Positions 39,853-52,141 of a DNA stretch of 64,000 nucleotides are shown one piece after another. The DNA comes from Chlorokybus atmophyticus. Its lineage: Eukaryota; Plantae; Mesostigma and Chlorokybus algae. The stretch spans positions 243,206 through 307,205 of the forward strand of contig RHPI01001202.1 in the NCBI GenBank assembly GCA_009103225.1, in the 5' to 3' direction. A program made the position numbers and the translations under genes. The notes under the pieces were generated by a model, which saw only the letters and a program-made list of their open reading frames with translations, was not told the origin of the DNA and did not search any database. Each line of letters begins with the position of its first letter. The stretch's first letter is position 1.

Positions 39853-41048
39853 TCATCGTGAAGGCACAAGGTCTAGCTCTGCATCAGGTGAAGATGTATT
39901 GGATACATTCAGCCGCTTCATCATGAGCACGATTTCGCCACCCGAGCCTGGTTCAACATTAGGCATGGGCCAGCTGGCGCCTTTGGGTACGCGCACGAGT
40001 CGATAGCCGCACGAGCGGTAGAGTCCCCATGCGGCGGGGTCGTTGCGGTCGCAGTGGAGGAAAACCTTGGTGCAGCTCCAATCGCGGGCAAGTTGCTCCG
40101 CTTGCAAAACGAGCATGCGCCCGAGTCCCTGGCGGCGGTTCAGCGGCTGAACCGCGAGGTTGCCCAAGTACGCGTACCCAAGCCTCCTTTTGCACCTTTT
40201 CCTCTTGACAAACATGCCACTCGTGTCAATGGTGACTGCGCCCGCAAAGGTAACATCAGGCTTTTGGCTCCCCTTGAAAGTGTTGCCCTCTCCCATCCAC
40301 AGCCACAGCTCTCTCCCAGCATACTCAAGCAGCGGCCACGGGGAGCTTCGCTCATCGCTGTACACCTGCCCTTTCATGCTCCTGTCCATGGCCACCAAGC
40401 AAGCTCCCCTGTAGCTGCTAGACCTTTGCAGCTGTAGCAGCTGAAACACCCTGTGATGCAAGTAGCTCTGTTATCTCAAACCGACAATAGAGCGTGCACC
40501 ATGAGTTCTCTGCATAGCAGCCGTGTGATTGCAGGAACCGCACCACTCTGCTCTCAACAGCGTCGTGTAAGGTGGCCTCGCTTTCGGGTAGAAGCCGCTA
40601 CAGTGCAAGTCTGCTACATGCCAGGACTCTTCTACGTGCGCTTCGCGAATGCTGCGCGTCACAACACGAGCGCAGCATGCGCATTGGTACACTGCCATCG
40701 TCCAGTTCACTTGTCATTGCACAACGTCTGCACTTACTAGTACTCAAGCTTGGGTGCTAGTGAAGTGGTAGTGGTAGTGGTGGTAGGCAACTCTACGGTC
40801 ACGCTCACAGCGGTGTTGGCATCGCCATCAGCGACCGCTGCCTTGCAGATGACAACAGCCCTGCTTTGAACTGAGCACTGCCGGGAGGTCAAGCGACTCC
40901 TCCTTGCTTGAGGTGCGTGCACTGGACTAGGCTGTACTGGACGGTGCGGTCGTTTCCAGCTGGCAGCTTCAGCTGCAGCTGCAGGCACCAATGCACTGCT
41001 GAAAGGCAGGCACAGGGTAGCCTGCATTGCAACCGACCTGCACAGCAA
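39853..41048 (-). CDS. GNAT family acetyltransferase, probably plastid-targeted; 5' exon structure uncertain
   Basis: AYLGNLAVQPLNRRQGLGRMLVLQAEQLARDW..LHCDRNDPAAWGLYRSCGY (motifs A and B), with an Ala/Ser/Arg-rich upstream exon (40737-41048). Confidence 0.85.
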
Positions 41049-41793
41049 CCGCGAGCTTCAGATAACACCATACATGGCGCTCACACGCGCAATTAACTGC
41101 TCTCTCTCAACAACAATGCGTTCAAGTTGTGCTACACGCTATAAGCAGCAGCTGAGCACTGCCACCTGCTGCTCAATTGCATGCCTCCGCTCGCAAGCTG
41201 CAGTAGCAAGTCGTGCACAAAGCAGGACAGCCAAACTACGTATGACACATGCTACCTGCAGACGAAGGCTACACGTACAAGCAACGAAGGATGGCAAGCC
41301 TTCCGCAGCATGCACAATGAGCGTCGCGAAGCCGACGGAAGCAGGACTCACCTGTCGTGGCTGTCTCGGGGACCGCCTCTTCCTCACCACGGCATAACAA
41401 CCTCGTGCCGGCTGAGACGGCGCTACGTGAGCGACACACGGGCTGAGAGTGACCAGCACAGGTCCTTCCAGTAGCCTTGCCACCCCGCCTCACCACCGCA
41501 GCCGCCTCCGCCGCCTGCTGTTCCGCGCCCACCGACGCTAAGACAGTGAACGCAAGCATTAAGTGTCTGAACTCAGTGCGTGCCTAAAGTTGAGGTACCT
41601 AACGCCCTATCGTCAGCATTCAGTGCCTGAACGCAGGTATGCCAGAAGCGTTGAGCAGCAGCGTTTGGCAGTAGGTCACGTTAAGGTCAAGATTTGCGTT
41701 AATCTGCTTAATCTGCCACAGCTGAATCTTCCTTTGCTTGTCCACGTGGAGCAAACCAAATTGCTGCTGAGGTTGGCGGCGGCGGTGTAGGCG

Positions 41794-43839
41794 ATGGCGT
41801 TGTCCGGGACGTTGTCTGTGGGTGTGCGTCTCGGATCATTGATTGCCTTACCGGCGTCGCCTTCCTCAGCGCATTGGATAACAGCCGCGCGGCATGCAGA
41901 CTCCAGGAGGCAGTGGCCTGGAAGGGGAGTCCAGGCCAGGCCGGTCTGGTGTTTACGGCGAGAATTGAGTAGCCTGCATGTATCAAGGCAGCGTCAAAGG
42001 CAAGCACGCGTACCTGTCTGCGCTGTTACAGAGACCGACTCCCAAAAGCCGGTAGGTTGCTGTTGTGCACTGCTGCATACTGCTTGCGCATGCTGACACC
42101 AACACACATGCACACGGACACAAACATGCACATGCACAGACGTCTTTTTGGTTGTATCTGTGAACTGCTGATCGATTGCGGTACTGGTGTTGTTTGCAGG
42201 CTGTGGAGGAGAAGGCGCCAGCGGATAGCTCGTTGGCTGCTGAAGTGCAGCAGAGCTCTCCCTCGTCTTCCAGCAGCAGCACTGACCGTGAGTTCCTGGA
42301 GTGGATCGGCTGGGATGTTCCATGGAGCGGGCGCTTTGTTACCTCAGTGATGGTTGCGTGGGGACTCGGGTAAAAAATACGTGTACGCTTCTCAGAGCAA
42401 AGCATGCACACTCCGCTCACTGTTTTTGTTTCGTGTTGTACTGAAGCACCAACCCAAGCTCTGTGTGGTTGGTGCAGTGTGCATACGTATATACGCGTGT
42501 GCGCGTGTATGTATGTGTATCAGTGCCCGCATGACTGCGCATGTGTGCGTGTGCGTGTGTGATCAGATCCTGCGTGTTGCAGGTTCATTGCAATTGCCAA
42601 TGTTGGGGTGCCGCTACTGACCTACAACGCTGGGATTGATGTGTTTCGGCTAGACGCCAATGGCAAGGCGCTCTACATTTTGTGTCTTCAAGGGTAAGCT
42701 AGCTTGAATCACAGTGACGATTGACTCGTAATTGACAGCATTGGACCCCACAAGTGGTGCTACTCAAACAAAGTCAAATTTGCCAGTGTGCAGACTGCAT
42801 TCGGCCTCGCTTTCATCAACCGCTCCGTTTCAAAGTTCCAACCCCTTTCCAAAGACTTCTTCAACTTTGGTGAGTGACCATTGACAGCCTACCTGTCCAA
42901 CAGCTCAATATTGACTATGTTGATGGTACAATCAGATTGGCAAAACCCATGGAGTGGCAGAGACGGCTGGGCCTGGTGGGGCGGCGTGGGTTACCTCATG
43001 ACTTTTCCAGTGGTGGCGCTCGTGTCTGCCGCCACCTTCGCCACGGGTTTAGACCAACGGGTACGAAAGAGTGTTTACTCCTGCACTGTGTCAAGCTGCA
43101 ACGCACTGTTGGTTTCCAATCATTTTGTATTGCTGCAGACGCAAGGAGGAACAATAGACGCTTTCATGCCGCTGATCGGCAGCAATATCGGGAGGTGGGT
43201 GCTTGCAGCACACAAAGCTAAGCTGATTGGCGTGCACTGTGTATGTGAGCCACGCTGGTAGTTCACAACTGACACTGCTATGTTTGGCAACCCAGCACAC
43301 TGTCGTTGCTGACTGTTTCCTCGGTGTTTGCGCCAATCCTTGAAGAAACCGTCTTTCGCGGGTTCCTCCTGACTTCTCTCACCAAGTGGTAAGAGACTCA
43401 GTCCTTTCAAGTGTCTGTTGTATGTGCGTATATGATAACAGCTCTAGCAGTTTTGTGGCAATGTCAAGTTCATATATTGATCTTGCTGTTTGCAGGATGC
43501 CTGTTTATGGAGCTGTCTTGATTAGCTCTGCCCTGTTTGCAATGGCGCATTCTGCACCAAACGACTTCTTTCAGTTGACTGCTCTGGGTATGTGCCTATG
43601 CCACTCCCTTCACATGTGTGACATCCGCCCTGTATCATGCTCATCACCTGCCGAGTTGCCCAATGTGTATCGTACAATGCATCAGCAACTTGGCTGAATC
43701 ATGTGGCCGTGCAATAGGCTGCGTGTTGGGCTTTAGTTATGCGCGAACACGCCGGCTGCAGACGCCCATGATTATACACGCCTTGTGGAACAGCGGCGTT
43801 CTGCTGTTTATACTGGTGCTGAAGGTACGATTAGCTTAA
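41794..43839 (+). CDS. CPBP family (CAAX protease II/Abi) intramembrane glutamic protease, probably plastid-targeted
   Basis: Transit-like N-terminus, WDVPWS, APILEETVFRGFLL (EExxxR), FAMAH, HALWN (HxxxN), several hydrophobic exons. Confidence 0.92.
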
Positions 43840-44499
43840 CCGACAAGCCTGAACAGCTGTATATTGCACTTTATGTTGTCTCATATGAGCCCCGTTTTTG
43901 TGTCGACTTGATCGTTGCAGTCTGCTGGCGTCGACGTCAAACAATTCATGTGATGTGGTGGGATCAAGTTGGCAACAATCAAACAAGACGTTGGCAGTAA
44001 CAGCAGGACCAGTTGGCAAAACGATACATTGCTGCGCAGGCTGTAGATGGGTAACCCTGTTGTCCCATGCCTCAGCTTGTAAACCACCAGTGAAATTCGT
44101 TAACAAGCCGCTTGCGCACTGGCCTTGCTAACATGGGCCTTGTAGTTAGGTACAGTAGGTAGCGTGCTAGTTTGGTTGAGTTGTCGCTGCAACGGTAGTG
44201 TGGTGTTGTTACGGTGTGCAGTTTGTTGTCATCAAGCAAGCCAGCATTATCGCACATGGTACCACCAATGTGAACACTAAGTCTTTGGCACCAACATTCT
44301 TTTGGGTCAGTGTACACAAGTGGCAAGGAGCCGAGAGTTGTAGGATAATTACACAAGCCTGCCTTGCACCGGCATAGCAGGCTTACGAGGCTTACCACTT
44401 TAAGGCTGCGTGTACTGTGGTCAGCTCTTTGACATCGCAGCACAGACCATATGTACATACAGTAGCGATTTACTCCATGCTGTGGCCAGCGGAACCTGC

Positions 44500-45118
44500 A
44501 CCAGCATCACCTGTGCATGTTGGTGTGCAAGCCGCGGGGCTTATGCTTGCCACTTATGCATTCATTCACATTCACATAGGCTACTGGGAGTTGTGATAGC
44601 AGTAGTAGGTAAAGCTGTACCCCCCAGCCTAGATTGTTTGCTACTGTCTATGCATAGGCTTTCCAACAGCAACAAGCACACGGCAAGCCAGGCCAAACAA
44701 CAGCAGCCAGCACATCTGCCAGAACAGCATAGTTACAAGGGTAAGGGCATCAGGTAGCTATGTGCACTATCTACATCCTTGGGTGAGCGGAGGGGAGTGG
44801 CGGGGCATCAGCAGCAAGGCAGGAGAGGGGGTCAACAGTTGCAAGGGTACAAGGCAAGTCAGACCTGTGCAATAGGCGGTAGGGGAAGGACGAAGGCTTG
44901 GCAGGTCGAGGGCAAGACAAGGGATAGAGCGTAGCAGCAAGCGCAGGCAGGTGCATGTGTGATGTGATGACAGAGGTCTGTTGCATGTACATATCATACC
45001 TTATATGTGCACAGGTGTTTGACACCGCAGTGACGTCGCTGTACTTGCCATGCACTGCACAACGAGTCACTCGAGAATTCCGCACACTCTGTATAGTCTG
45101 CAGCACAGTATCATAACA
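44500..45118 (-). repeat. Solo-LTR-like fragment related to the extra segment of the Gypsy left LTR; left boundary approximate
   Basis: Shares ordered blocks (GCATAGGCTTT, TTAC.GGG.AAGGGC, GCTATGTGCACT, AGCAGCAAGGCAGG, CCTGTGC) with the reverse complement of ~53200-53515. The minus-strand end begins TGTTATGATA. Confidence 0.55.
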
Positions 45119-45243
45119 CACCAAGGCTACGCAGTCTACTTATCAGGCATGTACAACGGACAAACTCAACCCCATCATAGTTGCCAACAACGGCATGCGT
45201 CGTAATCAATGCAAACGGTCCATCACTTACAATTACTGACAGT

Positions 45244-45899
45244 CTACACTGCAGATGCAACAAGACGCGTTATCCTGAATGGTGTCAAGTCTGTACTGCA
45301 GGTTCGGCCCATCGCCAAATCTGCTAAAATCTCCCCGACCAAAGGGCCGAACTTGAACCCATGACCAGAAAACCCGCCACCAATCACCAAAGTATTGTCC
45401 CATCCCGGCACGTAGTCCAAAATGAAGTCCTGGCCAGTTACGCACACAATGTGTGAGCGATATGCGGGCAGACAAGTGCGCGTGTGTGTGGGTAGCTGAG
45501 TGCGTGCGTGTGTGCACGTGTTGGTGCACGTATGTGTTTGTCACGCTGTTGGCCCAACATGGTCAATGCACAACCCCACTCTGACCTCATCTGGCGTGTT
45601 GGTGTACATGCAAGCCTCTGCCACAGCCGGCGTGTCCGACACGCCCTTGAGAAACTGCCTAATAAAGGGTGCCACAAACTCCTGCACAAGTACGGTAACA
45701 GAGTTGATGCACAGTATGTCACGCACAGCAACATCATGCTGTCCCCCTCTCCTCACCTGCAGCTCCTTGCTGTCGGGTTGCAACGTACGTGTGGCGGGAT
45801 CGCACGGCTGCCCGCGATGCGAAGACACCTGCAGTGCACCACACGAGGTTAAACATCGCCATGCGTGTTCAGCTGCACAAAAGCACACACGCGCGTGAG

Positions 45900-45945
<46 letters not shown>

Positions 45946-47767
45946 CGCGTGCGCGCGCGCATCTACACCTTCAGTAAGCCGGGGTACTCTCTTATAGGCA
46001 GGCCGTACACGCCGATAGACTCGTCCGAGTAGTTTATGAAGAGCGGAAACCTGTCGGCGGAGAAGTCTTCGGGGTCATCGCATTGCCAGTAACCTACCTG
46101 AGGGGACCCAACGCAATATGCATGAAGAAACAGGTACAGAAAAGTACGCACCACAACACAACAATATGGCAACATATTTCACACCAACAGCCGGCACAGT
46201 GTGTTACCCTATTGCGACTGTGTGCTGGGCAAACCGACCGTTGTGTGCAAAGGCTGCGTGGGCACCTCCATCCCGGCAACACTCCGTAGCAACTGTTGAC
46301 ACCAAGCACCTGCGGCTTTAAGTCAACATTACCCACAACACGCCTAATGGGACATGTGTGACAGTACCCACAACAATTGCTTGCACGAACGCACCCGCCG
46401 TCACCACGCAGCGGTCTGCTTGAATGCTGCCGCCGCCCTTGATGTGGATAAAGAGCCCAGCGCCATCTTCGCCCTTCTCAATGCCTGCAACCTTGATATA
46501 ACACAAACAACTTGCATAAGCGGTAAACACATGCCCATGCACGCACGCGCACGTGCATGCACACACGCACCCGCATGCACATGTGCTCGCATGTTGCACC
46601 GCCGTACACACGTACCTCAACGCCATCCCTGAGAGTGGCGCCGTGCTTCTCTGCCAGTCTCAAGAACGTCGCCACGCTCTTCGTTGCGTCAATCATGCCT
46701 GTTGACGTGTTGTCAAGTACGTGTACGACATTCACACGTATCATTTGGCAATGCTCCCATTGTTGTATGCAATTGCAAGCACCCAACCTGCGTCTTTGTT
46801 GTAAACGGCCACGTAGTCATCAGGCAGTGTCAGGCGCGGCCAGCGCTCTGCGACCTGCAAACTGAAAGGGTTGGTTTGTTGACACAGTGTGCATGTGCTA
46901 ATGCACGTTCACATGTCCGTGCCTGTGTACCTGTTTCATGTGCAACTTGATTGGTGTGCATACCAGCAAAGGTTGCGTTGCATGCACGACATATTATCCG
47001 TGCGTGCAAGTGTGCGCGTGCTGGCGCATGTTCGTGTGCATGCGTGCGCGTGAGAGTATGCGCATATGTGGCGTGCGTATATGTGCGTGTGCATACGTAT
47101 GGGCATGTGGGCCTGTGCATGTGTGCATGTCAAGGAAGTAATGCCAACCCCTGCTTTTACCCCATTCCCAAACTTCCCTCTCACCTCGGTGGGTGTGAGC
47201 ACTGCATGTTCGACGCCAAACTCCTCGCAGGCCCGCACCAGGTCGTCGAGCGCGCTTTTTCCATGCGATGCACGTCGTGCAAAGTCGAGGCCGCCCGTGC
47301 GCGTGACGAGTCGCGTGCCAGCTTCGCGCTCTGCTTGAGACCAGCTGGCGTATGCACTTCGCATCATCAACTGCGCACAGGTGCATATGAACACACACAT
47401 AGCAACGACTTTGGAGTGAATGAGTGGAGGGGCAACCAACATCCACAGTCTGCACGTGACCAGACACACAAACAGTTGTGTTCTTGCCATTCAGACACGC
47501 GCACAGGCAAATGCACAACCACACGCGTGCGCACGCATGCACGCACATTGAAAAAAGAAAAAGAACAAGTGCATATGGACTTTGACCTAGCATGCAGGCA
47601 AGAAGCATACAGCCGGACTGGACTTGTAGGCCTGTACCGTGTAGTGGCGCTGCTTGTAGGTCGACCTGATGATTCTGCTGGACCCATGCGAGCTGCCCCG
47701 CCTGTGCAGCCAGTCGAATTGCTCCAGCAACACCACCCCAACACCCCTGTTGCCATCATTGTCCTCG

Positions 47768-47802
<35 letters not shown>

Positions 47803-48024
47803 GCTGCTGTTGCTGGTGCTGGTGCTGGTGGTGTGGGCATTGTGGTTGTTACGGGCATTCTACCTTTTGTGGTGGAGGACTGACCTCTTGGCGAGGTGGT
47901 ATGCGGTGCAGGCGCCCATAATACCACCGCCGATTACCACACAGTCGACACGGCCTTGCTCCTGGCTGATGACGGCGGCATGGGCGTCGCCATCGCCGCG
48001 CATGCCGCCACCATGCGCAGCCAT
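45244..48024 (-). CDS. Monomeric sarcosine oxidase / pipecolate oxidase-like FAD oxidoreductase (multi-exon)
   Basis: [21 protein letters not shown]|[63 protein letters not shown]|[27 protein letters not shown]. Confidence 0.95.
45899..45942. repeat. Intronic (CA)n microsatellite
   Basis: About 21 CA units. Confidence 0.95.
47765..47802. repeat. Intronic (GTT)n microsatellite in the first intron of the sarcosine oxidase
   Basis: About 12 GTT units. Confidence 0.9.
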
Positions 48025-48091
48025 GTCACAAACAAGTCATACATACACTGGCAAAGTTGTTATCAGCTCGGAGTAATAAACAGTACTAAGT

Positions 48092-49757
48092 TAGGGTAAA
48101 TCGCCCTAACTTCGTAGATGACCCTAAGTTCTTGAACGTCACTAGGGGGCGCTATACATGGTCATATCCAGTTTCATCGAGCAGTGCAGACTTTTGTCCC
48201 CAGACGGGTTGCCATCGCTATAAGCCACATCTTAAGTTTGATTGGCTTGAACGTTAGGGGACTTAGACTCTAGGTCTTAGAGCTCATCAAGAGCACCCTA
48301 ACAATCAAGAAACCGCCTTGATTGACTATGTATTGCGCTCGTGGTAATTCATAACTAGTGGTGCGGCCGTTTGGTCGGGCCGGCCGGCATTCAAGGTCAC
48401 CTACATCACACATCCCGCGAAGGGCCAGCACACTTGACACCCGCGACTGCCAGGCTGCGCTGCAGTATCGCGCGGCCCGCCTGCTTCTCATTGGCTAGGC
48501 TTCGAGTACTCGAGTTGAACCGTTGGGTCTGCCTACACAAGATACCGTCCAAAGCACATCCAATTACTCAGGAACCTGCCAATAAATGTAAGATTGAGAA
48601 CAATATGCATACATGGCCACTTATGGCAGCATGTTTACTATTTTATGTGTAATATAATAATAAAGATGGTGAAGTATAGCGATACATTGATTGATTGTTT
48701 ATGATACACATATGGCCGCATATGAATGTATACGGGATAATTTTTAACTTTTACTATAAGTATGTTGGATGAATTGCTTGACACACACATAGGCAACAGC
48801 AACCGTCCACATATACCCGTATCGCAATAAGTCAGATAACCATTTCGTGTATTATTATTATTGCCTAAAAATGGTTGAAGATGCTGTGTTCAATGAGTGA
48901 TGCAATGGTACGCGATGATGTTACTGAGTACGAGGTCAAAAGCCCAAGCATCTTCCGTTTCCATTGGAACGCGGTTGGGTGCCCCCCAGACACTCAAAGA
49001 ACCTTTTTACACATCTCAGTAACTGCCATGTTACACAGCTCGCTATATTGCGATCTACCATTATTTTAACCGATTTCGTATGGGCGTCGGGCTACACTTC
49101 AGCCGAAAAAATGCGCATTTCTACTCACTTAAAACCCTAATTTCTATAAGGCTGTGTTTCATCATTAATTTTACAAACTTTCACCACATAGAGCGAGACC
49201 AAAAGCTTATATAATGTGCAGCTACGTTCAACAGTTAACTTAGGCTATTTGCCGCGGCAGGCTACATGTAAATAATGTTGTGGTGATTTTCTCTTATAGC
49301 GCCCACACCCAGCGCCATGGGCACCATGGCGGTGTCATCGCTATACTAAGTTTGAGCGGCCAAAAAGTTGGTGACGGTCTTATTATCGATGGGGAAGACC
49401 ATTGCCGGCTTTACTGCCAAAAAACACACCATTTCCTACCTTGCAATGGCCGGCAAATAGCTTGAAAAATGGATGTTCTGTTACGAAGTTATGGCGAGCT
49501 GCGTTTTGGGGTTTGACCTAAAACACCCAACTTTGGCGTGTTGCCGACGATGTTGCCGACGATGTTGCCGACGTTGCTGACGACGTTGCCGACGTTGTCG
49601 ACGTTGCCGACGCGTTACTGGTCCATAAATTCCAGACCAAATACCGATGTGTAGATAATACTTTTAGCTACCAAAAAAATATACACATTACCGCCGGAAA
49701 GTGACCACAGCTCTTACCAAACCTTAAAACCCTAACAACTTTGGGCGATTTACCCTA
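48092..49757. mobile_element. Non-autonomous TIR DNA transposon (MITE-like, ~1.67 kb)
   Basis: Perfect 15-bp inverted ends TAGGGTAAATCGCCC (48092-48106) and GGGCGATTTACCCTA (49743-49757). Subterminal TGTTGCCGACGA-type tandem repeats at 49539-49612. No transposase ORF. Confidence 0.7.
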
Positions 49758-51294
49758 GTACAACTAATATTGCCGGACCAGTGTTGCAGCACACAAGCCA
49801 AGCAGTACTACTGCTTCTCAGCTTGCTTCTATTTTAAACAACATCCATATTGTCAGCGACAGCGTAATGCACTGCAAGGATGGAACAGCATATACGTTGT
49901 CGTGCTCAGCTCAAATGAACAACATCAGACAACCATGTTCCCAGCTATGACAGCTGATGGCCAAATTGTATTCAATATGAGTGGTTGTGTGATGTGCGAC
50001 CTTCCAATTATGATGATAGAGTTGCATTGTATTAGTAGCTCCATGCCATGCATGCTTGCGAAGCATGCTCGTAGTTTGCGAATGGGATAATCCGCTCATT
50101 ATATAGCTATATTCTCGGTGCTGGCAATTTGAGATTGTACGTGAATTGCCAACATCTTCAATACTACCAATGGTTGCATTCTCAATTTACGTGGCTAATT
50201 CTTATGTCGTTATATGAAGTAACCGTTTTTAAAAGCCATCGCAACTTCATATTCGAGTTGCGCTATATACACCTAACGTTAAGTGTGCATGACGCGGTCA
50301 ACTACCCTTCGCGTAAAGCATGTGCACGTATGAAACAGTTGCTAATGTCATGCTCAACATTTAAGGTTGGTTGTTTCTACTTACGCACAATATATAAGCA
50401 ATAAGTTGTTCCAAACACTCATGCTTTAAAAATTAATCAATGATACACAAAATATTTATGTTTACAAAACCTCGCATGAATGCTGAATACCATGTACAAA
50501 AAATTGTGTTAACCTGTAATGTTCAGGTTGTTTATTTTTATTCGCCCTTTTTCCACAAATTAATCATATATTATAATTGCAATTGAAAGACTTTACACAT
50601 TGTGATGAGTAAAGACTGCATGTCCTGCAAGGCTCATTAAATTAAATAATGTGTACGTGCGTCTGCTCGTTGATCTTGAACGCATATGTAACGGAGCAAT
50701 AAAAAGCGGGGTATTATTGATATCTAACTGACACATCTTGTATGAATGAGTATACTGAATACTAATTTATATCTCTTTTCTATGGTTCCTTGCTTATCAA
50801 ATCTGCTAATACTTTATTATAGCTTTAATAAGTCCCAATGGGTGTAAGACCCCCTATCAAGCCTATTTGGTGTCACATTTCATATATGCAATCAGTATAG
50901 TCAGACATTAGGTTAGGTACCTCACCAGTAGGTACTTTATCAATAGGTACCTTATCTTTGGGGACCTTATTCCTAATATCTTAGCTTTAATTGGCTCACA
51001 TGAGATCTTTAATGGCAATCTATCCGTAGGGATGATATCTACTCGTGAGTTTAATATCAAGAGATTTTAGTGTGATATGCGCTTGATATGAAAGGCCCCA
51101 TCAACTGATGGGATCTCAATCAGTTATCTACCCCTTGTAGCGCCATGCTGCCGGCGGTGTGATGACGGCTTGTCTCTGGCGGTGCGGGTGTTGGGGTAGA
51201 GGATTGAAGGGTGACGACGGCGATGCCGGCATCTGTTACATCGTACATAAGCGTTCTTTGAGATACAGCCTTAAAAACAAAGAGGATCTCCTTC

Positions 51295-51746
51295 ATGTGT
51301 CCAGAGGCATGGTGATGTAAAGGCATTGAGAGCATATCCTCCCCCCTCCCCCCTCCCTCCAATTAAGTGTAAAAACGATTACCGTATTTGGTGTACACGC
51401 GAATGAGAGGGGGGCGCGTAAGGGAGCTGTAGCACATGTGTCTTGACGCATTGTGATGTAAACATATTCAGAGTGTTATCCCCNNNNNNNNNNNNNNNNN
51501 NNNNNNNNNNNNNNNNNNNNNNNNNNNNNNNNNNNNNNNNNNNNNNNNNNNNNNNNNNNNNNNNNNNNNNNNNNNNNNNNNNNNNNNNNNNNNNNNNNNN
51601 NNNNNNNNNNNNNNNNNNNNNNNNNNNNNNNNNNNNNNNNNNNNNNNNNNNNNNCCCCTCCCCCCTCCCTCCATGCAGGTGAAAAGCGATTACAGTATTT
51701 AGTGTACACGTGAATGAGAGGGGGGCGCGGAAGGGAGCTGTAGCAC
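51295..51746. repeat. ~141-bp tandem repeat spanning an assembly gap (N 51484-51654)
   Basis: Unit ATGTGTC..GTGATGTAAA..CCCCTCCC..GTGTACACG.GAATGAGAGGGGGGCGCG.AAGGGAGCTGTAGCAC starts at 51295 and 51436 and resumes after the gap. Confidence 0.8.
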
Positions 51747-52141
51747 GGATTATAAGAGACGCTTTCAAGTTCAAGTCAACGGAGCTTGATTATCAATTAT
51801 GTCAATGCGGTAACATTTGTAAGAACTTGTTATGACAAAGCGACGGTTATCAACTATTCTTAATCAAGGCAGGGTGATTGATTCAACTTACGCAAGAAAG
51901 CTTTGATTGGATTTTTCAATGACTTAAGCTGACTTTCATTAATAAGTGTAATAGGATAAAGTAGTATCAACACTGATACCCAAACACCACAAGCTCGCTT
52001 AACTTGTGATTATCCATGTAGAGTCTTCCTTGTACCTGAGGTAGGGATGGGACTCAATCACCTTTCAGCAAATGCGTATATCTCGGCATGATGACAAGTT
52101 GACGCCACAGCAATATCGAGTTCGCTATGGAGCAGCAAATA

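Noticed and set aside
41269-41559. Transit-peptide-like ORF as an extra first exon of the GNAT at 39.8-41.0 kb
   Set aside because: The obvious donor (~41351) and acceptor (~41040) join out of frame into a stop; left unannotated.
47700-47880. Poly-Asn/Thr frame in the sarcosine oxidase
   Set aside because: It lies in a GT-AG intron; splicing restores the canonical [14 protein letters not shown], and read-through meets a TAG.
49130-49740. AAACCCTAA telomere-like motifs
   Set aside because: Isolated single copies inside the TIR element, not a tandem telomeric array.
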